DNA of 64,000 nt from an uncultured Chloroflexia bacterium (lineage in GTDB: Bacteria > Chloroflexota > Limnocylindria > Limnocylindrales > CSP1-4), in NCBI GenBank assembly GCA_963778025.1, contig CAVZTA010000011.1, positions 80,452 through 144,451 of the forward strand, read 5' to 3'. Each line of letters starts with the position of its first letter. Within the stretch, counting starts at the first letter, position 1. Shown piece after piece: positions 33,284 to 43,229 of this stretch. The notes under the pieces were generated by a model. The model was not told the DNA's origin. It saw nothing but the letters and a program-made list of their open reading frames with translations, and searched no databases. Made by a program: the position numbers and the translations under genes.

Positions 33284-34002
33284 CGGGACAGCTCCTCGAT
33301 CACCGGGCGGTCCTGCGCTTCGAGGGCCGCACGCAGCGCGCGCAGCGCGTAGTGGAGCCGGGTGCGCGCCGTCGCGGGCCCCACCCCGACGATCCGCGCG
33401 ACCTCCGTCAGCGGCAGGTCGGCGTAGTGGTGGAGGACGACGACGGCACGATGGGCGGGCGTGAGGGCCCGGAAGGCCTGATCGAGCGCCTCGCGATCGT
33501 CGAAGCCATCGACCCGCTCAGGCGCCTCCGGCTCGTTGGGCACCTGCCGGACCTGGGCGCGGAACCGCCGCGTGCGGTTCGCCTCGCCGTAGCAGGCGTT
33601 GACGACGAGCCGGGTCAGCCACGTGTCGAACGCCCCTGGATCTCGCAGGCGGGGCAACGTCCGCCAGGCCGCGACCACGGCCTGTTGCAGGGCGTCGTCG
33701 GCCGCATCCTGGTCGCGAAGGATCTTGCGCGCGAGACCCAGGAGCCGTTCCCCGCGTGCACGGATGAGGGTCTCGAACGCTTGCGGATCGCCCGACCGGG
33801 CTCGCTCCACGAGCTCGAGGCGGGCGTCGCCCGGCGAACCCGCGAGCGCACCGTCGCGGGCGATGAGCCACGCGATCCAGGCGTCCCTGCGAGGCGCGAC
33901 GAGCACGACCGCATGGTCGCGGACGCCCGTCACGGGCGCATGGATCGCGAGCATCGATCGGACCGGCGCATCGACGGTTCTCCCTCGACGCCGCCGGGCC
34001 AT
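33280..34002 (-). CDS. ECF (sigma-70 family) RNA polymerase sigma factor
   Basis: Region 2 (DAADDALQQAVVAAWRTL, FDTWLTRLVVNAC) and region 4 (VVVLHHYADLPLTEVARIVGVGPATARTRLHYA). Start ATG 34002 with GAGG 8 nt upstream, downstream of the promoter at 34032-34063. Confidence 0.8.
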   Translation of the reverse strand: MARRRRGRTVDAPVRSMLAIHAPVTGVRDHAVVLVAPRRDAWIAWLIARDGALAGSPGDARLELVERARSGDPQAFETLIRARGERLLGLARKILRDQDAADDALQQAVVAAWRTLPRLRDPGAFDTWLTRLVVNACYGEANRTRRFRAQVRQVPNEPEAPERVDGFDDREALDQAFRALTPAHRAVVVLHHYADLPLTEVARIVGVGPATARTRLHYALRALRAALEAQDRPVIEELSR

Positions 34003-34031
34003 CGGTCGGCCTCGGTGGGGCGGCGTCACTG

Positions 34032-34063
34032 CAGGGATTCAGCGAGGCGCTCCAGCGTTCAAC
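34032..34063 (-). promoter_or_regulatory. ECF-type promoter of the sigma/anti-sigma operon
   Basis: Transcribed-strand sequence: GTTGAACGCT-N11-CTGAATCCCTG. The same two blocks with the same spacing occur at 35530-35561. Confidence 0.6.
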
Positions 34064-34367
34064 GTTCGCCCGCGAGGCGGTCGATCGTGCGGGCGAGCTC
34101 CACGTCCCAGCCGGTGATGCCACCCGCGTCGTGGGTGGTGAGGCGCACCTCGAGCCGCCGGTAGCGGCGCAGGCACAGATCCGGGTGGTGGTCGGCGGCC
34201 TCGGCCGCGTCGGCGATCCGGTCGATCAGGGCCACGGCCGCCCGGAAGTCCGTGCACACGACCGTGCGCGTCAGGGCATCGTCGTCCACGGCCCAGCCGG
34301 ACAGGGCCCCGAGCGCCTCGCTCAGAGCCCTGTCGTCGAGTCGGTCACGGCTCGGGTGATCAGGCAT
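34059..34367 (-). CDS. pterin-4-alpha-carbinolamine dehydratase
   Basis: ATG 34367 (MPDHPSRDRLDDRALSEAL). Motifs LSGW, DHHPDL, RLEVRLTTHDAGGIT. Confidence 0.8.
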   Translation of the reverse strand: MPDHPSRDRLDDRALSEALGALSGWAVDDDALTRTVVCTDFRAAVALIDRIADAAEAADHHPDLCLRRYRRLEVRLTTHDAGGITGWDVELARTIDRLAGER

Positions 34368-34390
34368 CGCCCGAGGGTACGACGCCGCGG

Positions 34391-35479
34391 TCAGCGGGTC
34401 GGGCGGATCCGTGGATGCAGCCCCTCCACCCAAAGCTTGCCGGTCGCCGATCGAAGGTCGGTGCCGTCGATGCCCACGGTCGCCAATGTCCAGGGCGCAT
34501 CCGCGTTCGCGCCGTAGGCGAACACGATGCGGTCGCCATCGGGGGTGAACGTCGGATGGACGGCGGTGCCACCGTCGGCCGCGCTCCGCGTGACCCGTGT
34601 GAGCTCCTTGCCGTCCGGGTGGATCGTCCACAGGTCACTCAGCCCGCCGCCCGCCTCGCCGCCCTTGTCCGGCATGGAGAACAGGATCAGCTTGCCGTCC
34701 GGGCTCCAGTCCGGGTTGTTCGCCCGGCGCTCGAACGGCAGCAGCGGATGGACCTTGTCGGGGTGGTCGAGATCGATGAGGCCGACGGTCCCGCCGACGA
34801 GGTCGGACGTCGGTGTGGCGTTCTCGAGCTCGATGTCCTCGATGACGAGCTGGTGCATGTCCGCGGACCACCGCGGCGCAAGACCCACGAACGGCTTCGG
34901 GAGCGTCAGGACCACGTCGTCTTCGCCGGTCGCGAGGTCCAGGATCTCGATGGTCGAGACGAGCTTCCCATCCCGCAGCGCACCACGCTGGAAGGCGATC
35001 TTCGTCCCGTCGGGCGACCACGCCGGTTCGTCGGCCCAGAGGCATGGGCTGACGCACTCGACGACCTTGTCAGCCTTGCCCGTCGCCGGGTCCGCGATCC
35101 AGAGCTCGCCCGATGTGTCGTCGTGCTTGATGGTGAACACGAATCGGCGTCCGTCGGGCGCCCAGTCGGGATGCTCCTGATAGCCGCCCAGGCCGGCGAC
35201 CGTGCCCGAACGACCGTGTCCACCGTCGAGCGGCAGGAGCTGCACGCCGTACCCGTTGGCGCCGTCGGCCTGGTAGGCGATCCACGGTCCGTCCCCGAAC
35301 GGCGTCGGGGTCGCCTGGGCGATCACCGCGGTGGGCTGGGGCGTCGAGGCGTGGGTCGCGGCGCTCGGCACGGTGGACGGCGTCCCCGGCGTCCCCGGAG
35401 CCGGCGACGCGGTCGAGCCCGCGCAGGCGGCGACCACGACCGCGATGGTGGCCGCGAGCGATGCGGCATGACGGGTCAT
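34391..35479 (-). CDS. TolB-like (PD40) beta-propeller lipoprotein
   Basis: ATG 35479 behind GGGAG. Lipobox-like signal ATIAVVVAAC. Repeats WAPDGRRFVF, WSPDGTKIAF, WSPDGKLILF, FTPDGDRIVF. Confidence 0.75.
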   Translation of the reverse strand: MTRHAASLAATIAVVVAACAGSTASPAPGTPGTPSTVPSAATHASTPQPTAVIAQATPTPFGDGPWIAYQADGANGYGVQLLPLDGGHGRSGTVAGLGGYQEHPDWAPDGRRFVFTIKHDDTSGELWIADPATGKADKVVECVSPCLWADEPAWSPDGTKIAFQRGALRDGKLVSTIEILDLATGEDDVVLTLPKPFVGLAPRWSADMHQLVIEDIELENATPTSDLVGGTVGLIDLDHPDKVHPLLPFERRANNPDWSPDGKLILFSMPDKGGEAGGGLSDLWTIHPDGKELTRVTRSAADGGTAVHPTFTPDGDRIVFAYGANADAPWTLATVGIDGTDLRSATGKLWVEGLHPRIRPTR

Positions 35480-35529
35480 GACTGGCTCCCTCGAAGCCGC
35501 CCGCGAATGCGGGCACATCGGCTTCCGGT

Positions 35530-35561
35530 CAGGGATTCAGGCCGCGCCAGGAGCGTTCAAA
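35530..35561 (-). promoter_or_regulatory. second copy of the ECF-type promoter, upstream of the TolB-like lipoprotein gene
   Basis: Transcribed strand: TTTGAACGCT-N11-CTGAATCCCTG. 20 of 32 positions are identical to 34032-34063, in two blocks. Confidence 0.6.
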
Positions 35562-35586
35562 CATCGCTCCGCCGGGGCGATCCATA

Positions 35587-35638
35587 TTGACAGCATCCTG
35601 TCAATCTGCTAGTCTTCGAGATGACAGCATCCTGTCGA
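35587..35638 (+). promoter_or_regulatory. sigma-70-like promoter overlapped by two copies of a palindromic operator
   Basis: -35 TTGACA (35587), 17-nt spacer, -10 TAGTCT (35610). Operator TGACAG-CATC-CTGTC occurs twice (35587-35604 and 35621-35638), one over the -35 and one near the predicted transcription start. Confidence 0.6.
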
Positions 35639-35662
35639 ACCGAACAGCGAAGGAGCCCTCGG

Positions 35663-36040
35663 ATGGACTACAAGCTGGAGCTCGTGACCCTCCCCGTGAG
35701 CGACGTCGACCGCGCCAAGTCGTTCTACGTCGACCAGCTCGGCTTCAACGCCGACTACGACCATCGCGTGAGCCCGGAGCTGCGATTCGTGCAGCTCACC
35801 CCGCCCGGATCGGGCTGCTCGATCGCCATCGGCGTGGGCCTGACGCCGGCCGAGCCCGGCTCGGTGCGCGGCATGCAGCTCGTGGTCAAGGACATCGAGA
35901 TCGCGCAGCGCGAGCTCACGGAGCGCGGCACCGACGTCGGCGAGATCGAGGATCTGCCGTGGGGCCGCTTCCTGTTCCTCAAGGACCCCGACGGCAACGA
36001 CTGGGCGATCCAGGAGATCCAGTCACCGCGGACGAACTGA
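35663..36040 (+). CDS. VOC-family (glyoxalase/bleomycin-resistance fold) protein
   Basis: ATG 35663 behind AAGGAG. Motifs VSDVDRAKSFYVDQLGF and FLKDPDGNDWAIQE. Confidence 0.8.
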   Translation: MDYKLELVTLPVSDVDRAKSFYVDQLGFNADYDHRVSPELRFVQLTPPGSGCSIAIGVGLTPAEPGSVRGMQLVVKDIEIAQRELTERGTDVGEIEDLPWGRFLFLKDPDGNDWAIQEIQSPRTN

Positions 36041-36056
36041 GCCCCGCCCTCCAGGC

Positions 36057-37589
36057 TCAGGGAAGGTCGAACAGGCAGACCGTCTGCCGTGCGTTGGTCC
36101 AGTCCAGACACGCGAGCGGGGATCGCGCGTCCCACGCAGCTGGGTGCGCCGCGGCCCACCGGGGTGTCGCGGCGTCCGCCCAGTAGCGCGTCCCCGCCGT
36201 CAGATACAGATCGCCGGCGTTCACGTACGGCAGATGGCAGCACGCGATGACGGTCTTCGCACCGGAGGTCATGGCCAGTGTCGGCGCGAAACCACCGGAG
36301 ACGACCGCACCCGGTCGGAGCCGGCTCGCGACCTCGGCCTGGACGGCGACCAGATCGCGAGTGGCGCCGCGCATCCACGAGGCGTGCAGCCAGATGCCCT
36401 GCGCCGCGACGATGACGGCCAGTCCGATCCCCACCGCCCACCGGCGTCGGCGACGGGCAAGCTCCTCGCCGGACGCGGCTCGCCTGACGACACGCCGCAG
36501 GATCGCGCCGACGAGCGGCGCCGAAAGGATCGCGAGCCACGGGATCGCGAACACCAGATACCGGTTCGCGCCGCCGACCCTGAGGATGACCGAGCCGGCG
36601 CTCACGACGTACCCGACGAAGCTCGCCACAAGGAGGAGACGCGTGCCGGGCGTGTACCGCCGGATCGCCTGGAGGGACACGATCGAGCCACCGGCCGCCG
36701 CGATCAGGAGCGGTGTCGTGTACCAGATGGTGCGCTCGTTGCTGAGCGGATCGCGGAGGACGCGCCCCAACAACGAACGGAGTGTCAGGCTCTGGGCCGT
36801 CGGGTAGATCTTGTCGACGACGTTCGCGACGGCGTCGCGGTTCGGGATCCCGACACCCACGATCCACGCCACGATGGCGACGGCGAGCGTCGTCCCGGCG
36901 GCGGTCACCCAGCGTCGCGCGGCGGGCGACCAGATCGCCCCAGCGAGCGCGACGACCAGGACCGCGATCGTCCCGGGCAACACGGTCAGCTTCGTCCCCG
37001 CCGCCAACGCCAGGGCGATCCCACCGATCAGCCCCCAGCGACCGGGCCGCGACCCATCCACGGCGAGGAGGCTCAGGGTGCCGATCGCGAGGAACATCCC
37101 CGCCATCGGCTCGAGATAGGCCATCCGGCCGTAGTACAAGACGAGCGAGGACGTTCCGTAGGCGATCGCGGCCACGAACGCTGGCACGTCGCCGAAGGGG
37201 CGCCGAAGCCCAGCCCCGAGCGCGCCGACCGTGACGGCGACACACCCGATGTCGACCAGCCGCGCCTGCACGATCCCGACGCCGAACAAGCGGAAGATGA
37301 CGGCGTCGATGACCGTGAACGGGAGGGTCACGAGCCACAGGGTCCATTCGTCGGTCGCGGGCGTCCCGAACAATGCCCAATTCCGGGCGTTCTGGACGGT
37401 CCACGCTTCGTCCGTGAACGGGCTGTTGCTGGTGGTGACGCCGCCGACCGGATCGACGTCCGCGAACGGGACGAGCAGCACCAGGACGACCAGGACCGGG
37501 ATCGCAACGGCGACCACGGCCGGAAGATCGATCGCCGCGACGCGGCGCTGGAGAGACGCGCGCCATCCTCCGACCGCCGCAGCCGGCAA
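36057..37589 (-). CDS. GT-C fold membrane glycosyltransferase (ArnT/PMT_2-like)
   Basis: 510-aa ORF, intact. About 12 TM helices with an N-terminal loop SPFTDEAWTVQNARNW typical of the GT39/83-like family. Family call moderate. Confidence 0.6.
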   Translation of the reverse strand: MPAAAVGGWRASLQRRVAAIDLPAVVAVAIPVLVVLVLLVPFADVDPVGGVTTSNSPFTDEAWTVQNARNWALFGTPATDEWTLWLVTLPFTVIDAVIFRLFGVGIVQARLVDIGCVAVTVGALGAGLRRPFGDVPAFVAAIAYGTSSLVLYYGRMAYLEPMAGMFLAIGTLSLLAVDGSRPGRWGLIGGIALALAAGTKLTVLPGTIAVLVVALAGAIWSPAARRWVTAAGTTLAVAIVAWIVGVGIPNRDAVANVVDKIYPTAQSLTLRSLLGRVLRDPLSNERTIWYTTPLLIAAAGGSIVSLQAIRRYTPGTRLLLVASFVGYVVSAGSVILRVGGANRYLVFAIPWLAILSAPLVGAILRRVVRRAASGEELARRRRRWAVGIGLAVIVAAQGIWLHASWMRGATRDLVAVQAEVASRLRPGAVVSGGFAPTLAMTSGAKTVIACCHLPYVNAGDLYLTAGTRYWADAATPRWAAAHPAAWDARSPLACLDWTNARQTVCLFDLP

Positions 37590-37612
37590 GCGGCGTCCCC
37601 GAGCGGGAGTGG

Positions 37613-38170
37613 TCAGCGGATCCGCGTCCAGGCGCCCGCGAGCGTCGCGCCGACCCAGATGAGCAACCAGGTGCCGCTCGTCGCGAGGAAGGTCGTGAAC
37701 GGGAAGAGCTCGTCCTGGCCCAGCGTGCTGCTCAGCATCTGGTAGTCGATGAGCGCCGCCAGGACGGCGCCCACGATGATCCCGCCGAAGACGATCGACT
37801 GCATCACGGGACCGCGCTTGTAGCCGGTCACGCGCATCACCGTCTCGCCGATGAGCCCGCCGGCGAACGGGCCGATGAAGATCGCCAGGATCCCCAGCTG
37901 CAGCCCGACCAGGCCGCCGATCGTCCCCGCGCCGATGGACGCGCCGAGGCCCAGCACGAGCTGGGTCGGCGTGAACGATGTGAGCGGGTCGTTACGCAGC
38001 CGGCCGCAGTCCTTGCAGCGCATGCCGACCGGGCCCATCAGCCCGCACTTCACGCAGATGGGCTTGTCGCAGCGCCCGCAGCGGATCCACGTCTCGCGCT
38101 CCGGATGCCGGAAGCAGAAGAGGCGCTCCTCTTCGTCGGCGGCGGGCGTGAGCGTGATGTCGGTGGTCAT
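37613..38170 (-). CDS. zinc-ribbon/B-box N-terminal domain membrane protein
   Basis: CFRHPERETWIRCGRCDKPICVKCGLMGPVGMRCKDCG, followed by four TM helices. Confidence 0.55.
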   Translation of the reverse strand: MTTDITLTPAADEEERLFCFRHPERETWIRCGRCDKPICVKCGLMGPVGMRCKDCGRLRNDPLTSFTPTQLVLGLGASIGAGTIGGLVGLQLGILAIFIGPFAGGLIGETVMRVTGYKRGPVMQSIVFGGIIVGAVLAALIDYQMLSSTLGQDELFPFTTFLATSGTWLLIWVGATLAGAWTRIR

Positions 38171-38277
38171 GGGCCCCTCGGCGTGGGATCGCCGGGGAGC
38201 GTAGGCGCGAACGGGTCCAGGCGTCGATAGGCCGGCTGGGGGACGCCGTTACGGGACCCCAGCGGCGGGGCGACGCC

Positions 38278-38514
38278 TCAGGCGCCGGCCATCGCGGGCG
38301 GCTTCATCGCGTCGAGGATCTGGCGCGCCTGCTGCTGGTCCTTCTCGTTGGGGTGGTCGTGATCCGCGGTGATCCCGCAGAAGACCTCATGGATCGCCCG
38401 GCTCATCGAGTCCTGATCGGCGACCACGAGCCCGTTCTCGCCCAGCGTCTGCCAGATGCCGTCGTCATCGGTTCGGTGCATCGCCTTCTCGAGGGACTCG
38501 CGCATCGTCGACAT
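38278..38514 (-). CDS. small hypothetical protein (78 aa)
   Basis: ATG 38514 with GGAGG 6 nt upstream (MSTMRESLEK...). The longer track ORF (to 38646) has no better start support. Confidence 0.45.
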   Translation of the reverse strand: MSTMRESLEKAMHRTDDDGIWQTLGENGLVVADQDSMSRAIHEVFCGITADHDHPNEKDQQQARQILDAMKPPAMAGA

Positions 38515-38685
38515 CGTCCGCCTCCTGCCAACACCACGATCTCGGGGAGTGCAGAGCCTACGCCGCTCGGCGCTGCCGCTCAACGCCAGCGACGTGAGAA
38601 CGACCCGTCCCGTCGACCCGGCATCTTGTGCGGTTGACGCGAACAAGCGTTTCTGAGCGCGTTCGATCTTCGATGCGACGTGCCG

Positions 38686-38696
38686 CGCTAGACTCG
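38686..38696 (+). promoter_or_regulatory. candidate extended -10 (CGCTAGACTCG) upstream of the FDH catalytic subunit gene
   Basis: TAGACT fits TANNNT. An identical 11-mer occurs at 41309-41319 in front of the NuoEF-like gene. Confidence 0.45.
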
Positions 38697-38726
38697 CGCG
38701 GTCGGACCTCGAAGCAGGAGGACCCG

Positions 38727-40703
38727 ATGCCGAAGGAATATCTCCGGCTGACCACGCCGCTCGTCCGCGACGGCGACCGCCGCACCGGTGTCCTGCGCCC
38801 AGCCAGCTGGGACGAGGCGCTGGATCGCGCGGCGGACGGCTTGCGGGCGGCGGGTGTGCAGCACGGAGCCCGGACGTACGGGGTCTTCAGCTGTTCGAAG
38901 GCGACGAACGAGGTGAACTTCGCCGCACAGAAGTTCAGTCGCGTCGTCCTCGGCAGCAACAACATCGACAGCTGCAACCGCACCTGACACGCCCCCTCTG
39001 TCGCCGGTCTGGCGACCGTGTTCGGCGCTGGCGGCGGGACCAGCTCATATCGAGAGGCTGAGGAGACGGATCTCGTCCTCCTGTGGGGCAGCAATGCCCG
39101 GGAGACGCACCCGATCTTCTTCCACCACCTCCTGAAGGGGGTGCGTCGGGGTGCCCGGCTGGTGGCCATCGATCCCCGGCGGACCAGCAGCGCCGAGTGG
39201 GCCGACCTGTGGCTCGGCCTCGACGTGGGCTCCGACATCGCCATGGCCAACGCGATGGGCCGCGAGATCATCCACGCCGGCCTCGCGAACGAGGACTTCA
39301 TCGCCCGGGCGACGACGGACTTCGAGAAGTACCGCCAGACCGTCGAGCCGTACACGCTCGAGTACGCCGAGCGCGAGACCGGCGTGCCGGCCGACGCGAT
39401 CCGCGAGGCTGCGCACGCGTACGCGAACGCCGACCGGGCGATGATCTGCTGGACCCTCGGCATCACCGAGCACCACAACGCCGTCGACAACGTCCTCGCG
39501 CTGATCTCGCTGGCCCTGTTGACCGGGCACGTCGGCAAGTACGGCTCCGGCATCAACCCGCTGCGCGGCCAGAACAACGTCCAGGGCGGCGGCGACATGG
39601 GCGCCCTGCCCGACCGCCTGCCGGGCTTCCAGCACGTGGAGAACGACGCCCTCCGCGAGCGCTGCGAGCAGCTCTGGCGGTGCGTGGTCCCGCCCAAGAA
39701 GGGCTGGCACCTGTCGGGCATGTTCGAGGCGATGGACCGCGGCGAGCTGACCGCGCTCTACGTCATCGGTGAGAACCCGCTGCAGTCCGAGGCCGACCGT
39801 CACTTGACGGAGCGACGCCTTCGCAGCCTCGACGTGCTCATCGTCCAGGACCTGTTCCTCACCGCCACCGCCGAGATCGCCGACGTCGTGTTCCCGGCCT
39901 CGGCCGCGTGGGCCGAGGCGGAAGGGACCGTCACCAACTCCGAGCGGCGGGTCCAGCGGGTGCGCAAGGCGCTGGAGCCGCCCGGCGAGGCGCGCGACGA
40001 CCTGTGGATCATCTTCGAGCTCGCGAAGCGCCTGGGTCACGATTGGGGCGAGGCCGACGCCGAACGGGTGTGGGACGAGGTGCGCGCCGTCTCCCCGGTC
40101 CATCGCGGCATGAGCTATCAGCGTCTCGAGGCCCTGGGCGGCCTCCAGTGGCCGTGCTATGACGAGGACCACCCGGGCGAGCTGTTCCTCCACAGCCGTC
40201 TGTACGAGGACCCGATGCCCGGCAACCGGGTCCCGTTCGTGCCCGTGGAGCACGATCCGCCGGTGGACAAGCTCACCCCGGACTTCCCGATCCGGCTGAC
40301 CACCGGGCGCCGCCTGGACTCGTACAACACGGGCGTGCAGTCGGGGAGCTATCGCTCACCCATGCGCCGTGGCGAGTCGCTGGACCTCTCCCCCGAGGAC
40401 ATGGCGTCGATGGGTCTCGCCGAGGGCGAACGGGTGTGCGTCATCTCGCGCCGGGGACAGGTGGAGGTCCCGGTGCGCACCGACGAGAGCCTGCGACCCG
40501 GCCTCGCGTTCATGACGCTCCACTTCCAGGACGACGTCGCGACCAACATCCTCACCATCGACGCGACGGATCCCAAGTCGGGCACGGCGGAGTTCAAGGC
40601 GACGGCGATCCGGGTCGAGCGGCTGCCGAACGAGCGCGACGAGCCGGCACGTCTCGTCGCCGCGGCCGCCGAGGGCGCCGAAGCGGTGGGTCCCGCCGGG
40701 TGA
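38727..40703 (+). CDS. fdhA: formate dehydrogenase catalytic (Mo/W-bisPGD) subunit, selenocysteine-containing (UGA at 38985-38987)
   Basis: ATG 38727 behind AGGAGGA. Track ORFs 38628..38987 and 39018..40703 are in the same frame, separated only by one TGA. Context NIDSCNRT-U-HAPSVAGL matches the FDH Sec/Cys active-site loop. A SECIS hairpin follows. MopB and C-terminal beta-barrel domains are present. The N-terminal Fe-S modules are absent here. Confidence 0.9.
38985..39020 (+). promoter_or_regulatory. UGA(Sec) codon plus bacterial SECIS stem-loop
   Basis: UGA CACG-ccccctct-GUCGCC-GGUCU-GGCGAC-CGUG. Perfect 6-bp upper stem (39000-39005 / 39011-39016) with a GGUCU apical loop and a 4-bp lower stem. 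As recalled, the same position and loop type as the E. coli fdhF SECIS. Confidence 0.8.
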
Positions 40704-40708
40704 CGTTC

Positions 40709-41056
40709 ATGCGCCGGCTGTTCGGGGACAGCTGGGGCGAGGACGGGTCCGCCGCCGACGATCGCGCGCTGGCGGAGCTCGTCGCGTCCGGCGTGGACGT
40801 CAGCGTGCCGGTCCCCGTCGACTTCAAGCTCACGTTCCGCGACGAGCGCGCGGCCCGCCAGACCGTCGCGCAGCTCGCGGGTCTGGGCGGCGACCTCCGC
40901 ATCGGCGCGACCGGCGGCTTCGAGCCGCGCTGGCTCGTGCGGTTGACGCTACCGATGGCCATCACGCCCGAACGCCTGGCGGCGATGCGCTCGCGGCTCG
41001 AGGAGCTCGCCTCGGAGCGAGACGGTCGCTACGAGGGCTGGGACGCGTCGGGCTGA
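40709..41056 (+). CDS. RraB-like (regulator of ribonuclease activity B family) protein
   Basis: Frame of ORF 40436..41056. ATG 40709, or GTG 40700 overlapping the fdhA stop (GTGA). C-terminus ...ERDGRYEGWDASG resembles the family GG-YDGW ending. Confidence 0.5.
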   Translation: MRRLFGDSWGEDGSAADDRALAELVASGVDVSVPVPVDFKLTFRDERAARQTVAQLAGLGGDLRIGATGGFEPRWLVRLTLPMAITPERLAAMRSRLEELASERDGRYEGWDASG

Positions 41057-41074
41057 GCGAGTTCGTCTGCGCCG

Positions 41075-41244
41075 GATGCACCGGGTGCGCCTAACGACGA
41101 AGGGAGCCTCCTGCAGCGGCCCCGATCCAGTCGCGCGGTGCCGGGTCGTGCATCCGGTGCGCCGATCGGCGCTGCAATGGTCGTCCGGGCGCCCAGGTGG
41201 CGTGATCGGCGCGGCTCGTTCGTCGTAGCGCGCATCGGGTGCAC
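41075..41244 (+). repeat. ~170-bp TIR-bounded intergenic element, copy 2
   Basis: Starts GATGCACCGGGTGCGCCTAACGACGAAGGGAG and ends TTCGTCGTAGCGCGCATCGGGTGCAC. Lies inside the FDH gene cluster. Confidence 0.8.
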
Positions 41245-41308
41245 GTCGGCCGCGCTCCGAGGCGCCGCTCCGCGCGACGCGACCACGCAGGCCCCTCCCC
41301 CTTCGCCT

Positions 41309-41319
41309 CGCTAGACTCG
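41309..41319 (+). promoter_or_regulatory. candidate extended -10 (CGCTAGACTCG) 9 nt upstream of the NuoEF-like ATG (leaderless-type)
   Basis: Identical 11-mer to 38686-38696. TAGACT ends 9 nt before ATG 41327, and no SD is present. Confidence 0.45.
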
Positions 41320-41326
41320 GTGGCGA

Positions 41327-43225
<1,899 letters not shown>

Positions 43226-43229
<4 letters not shown>

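Noticed and set aside
35755-37745. 603-aa minus-strand and 533-aa plus-strand ORFs overlapping the GT-C glycosyltransferase gene
   Set aside because: The 36057..37589 frame alone encodes a polytopic membrane protein. The others are Arg-rich shadows.
38634-38675. LexA/Cheo-like box CGAACAAGCGTTTC and GTTCGATCTTCGA upstream of fdhA
   Set aside because: The match to GAAC-N4-GTTC is imperfect. It lies about 50 nt upstream of the likely -10. An SOS box in front of an FDH gene has no functional rationale. It is probably chance.
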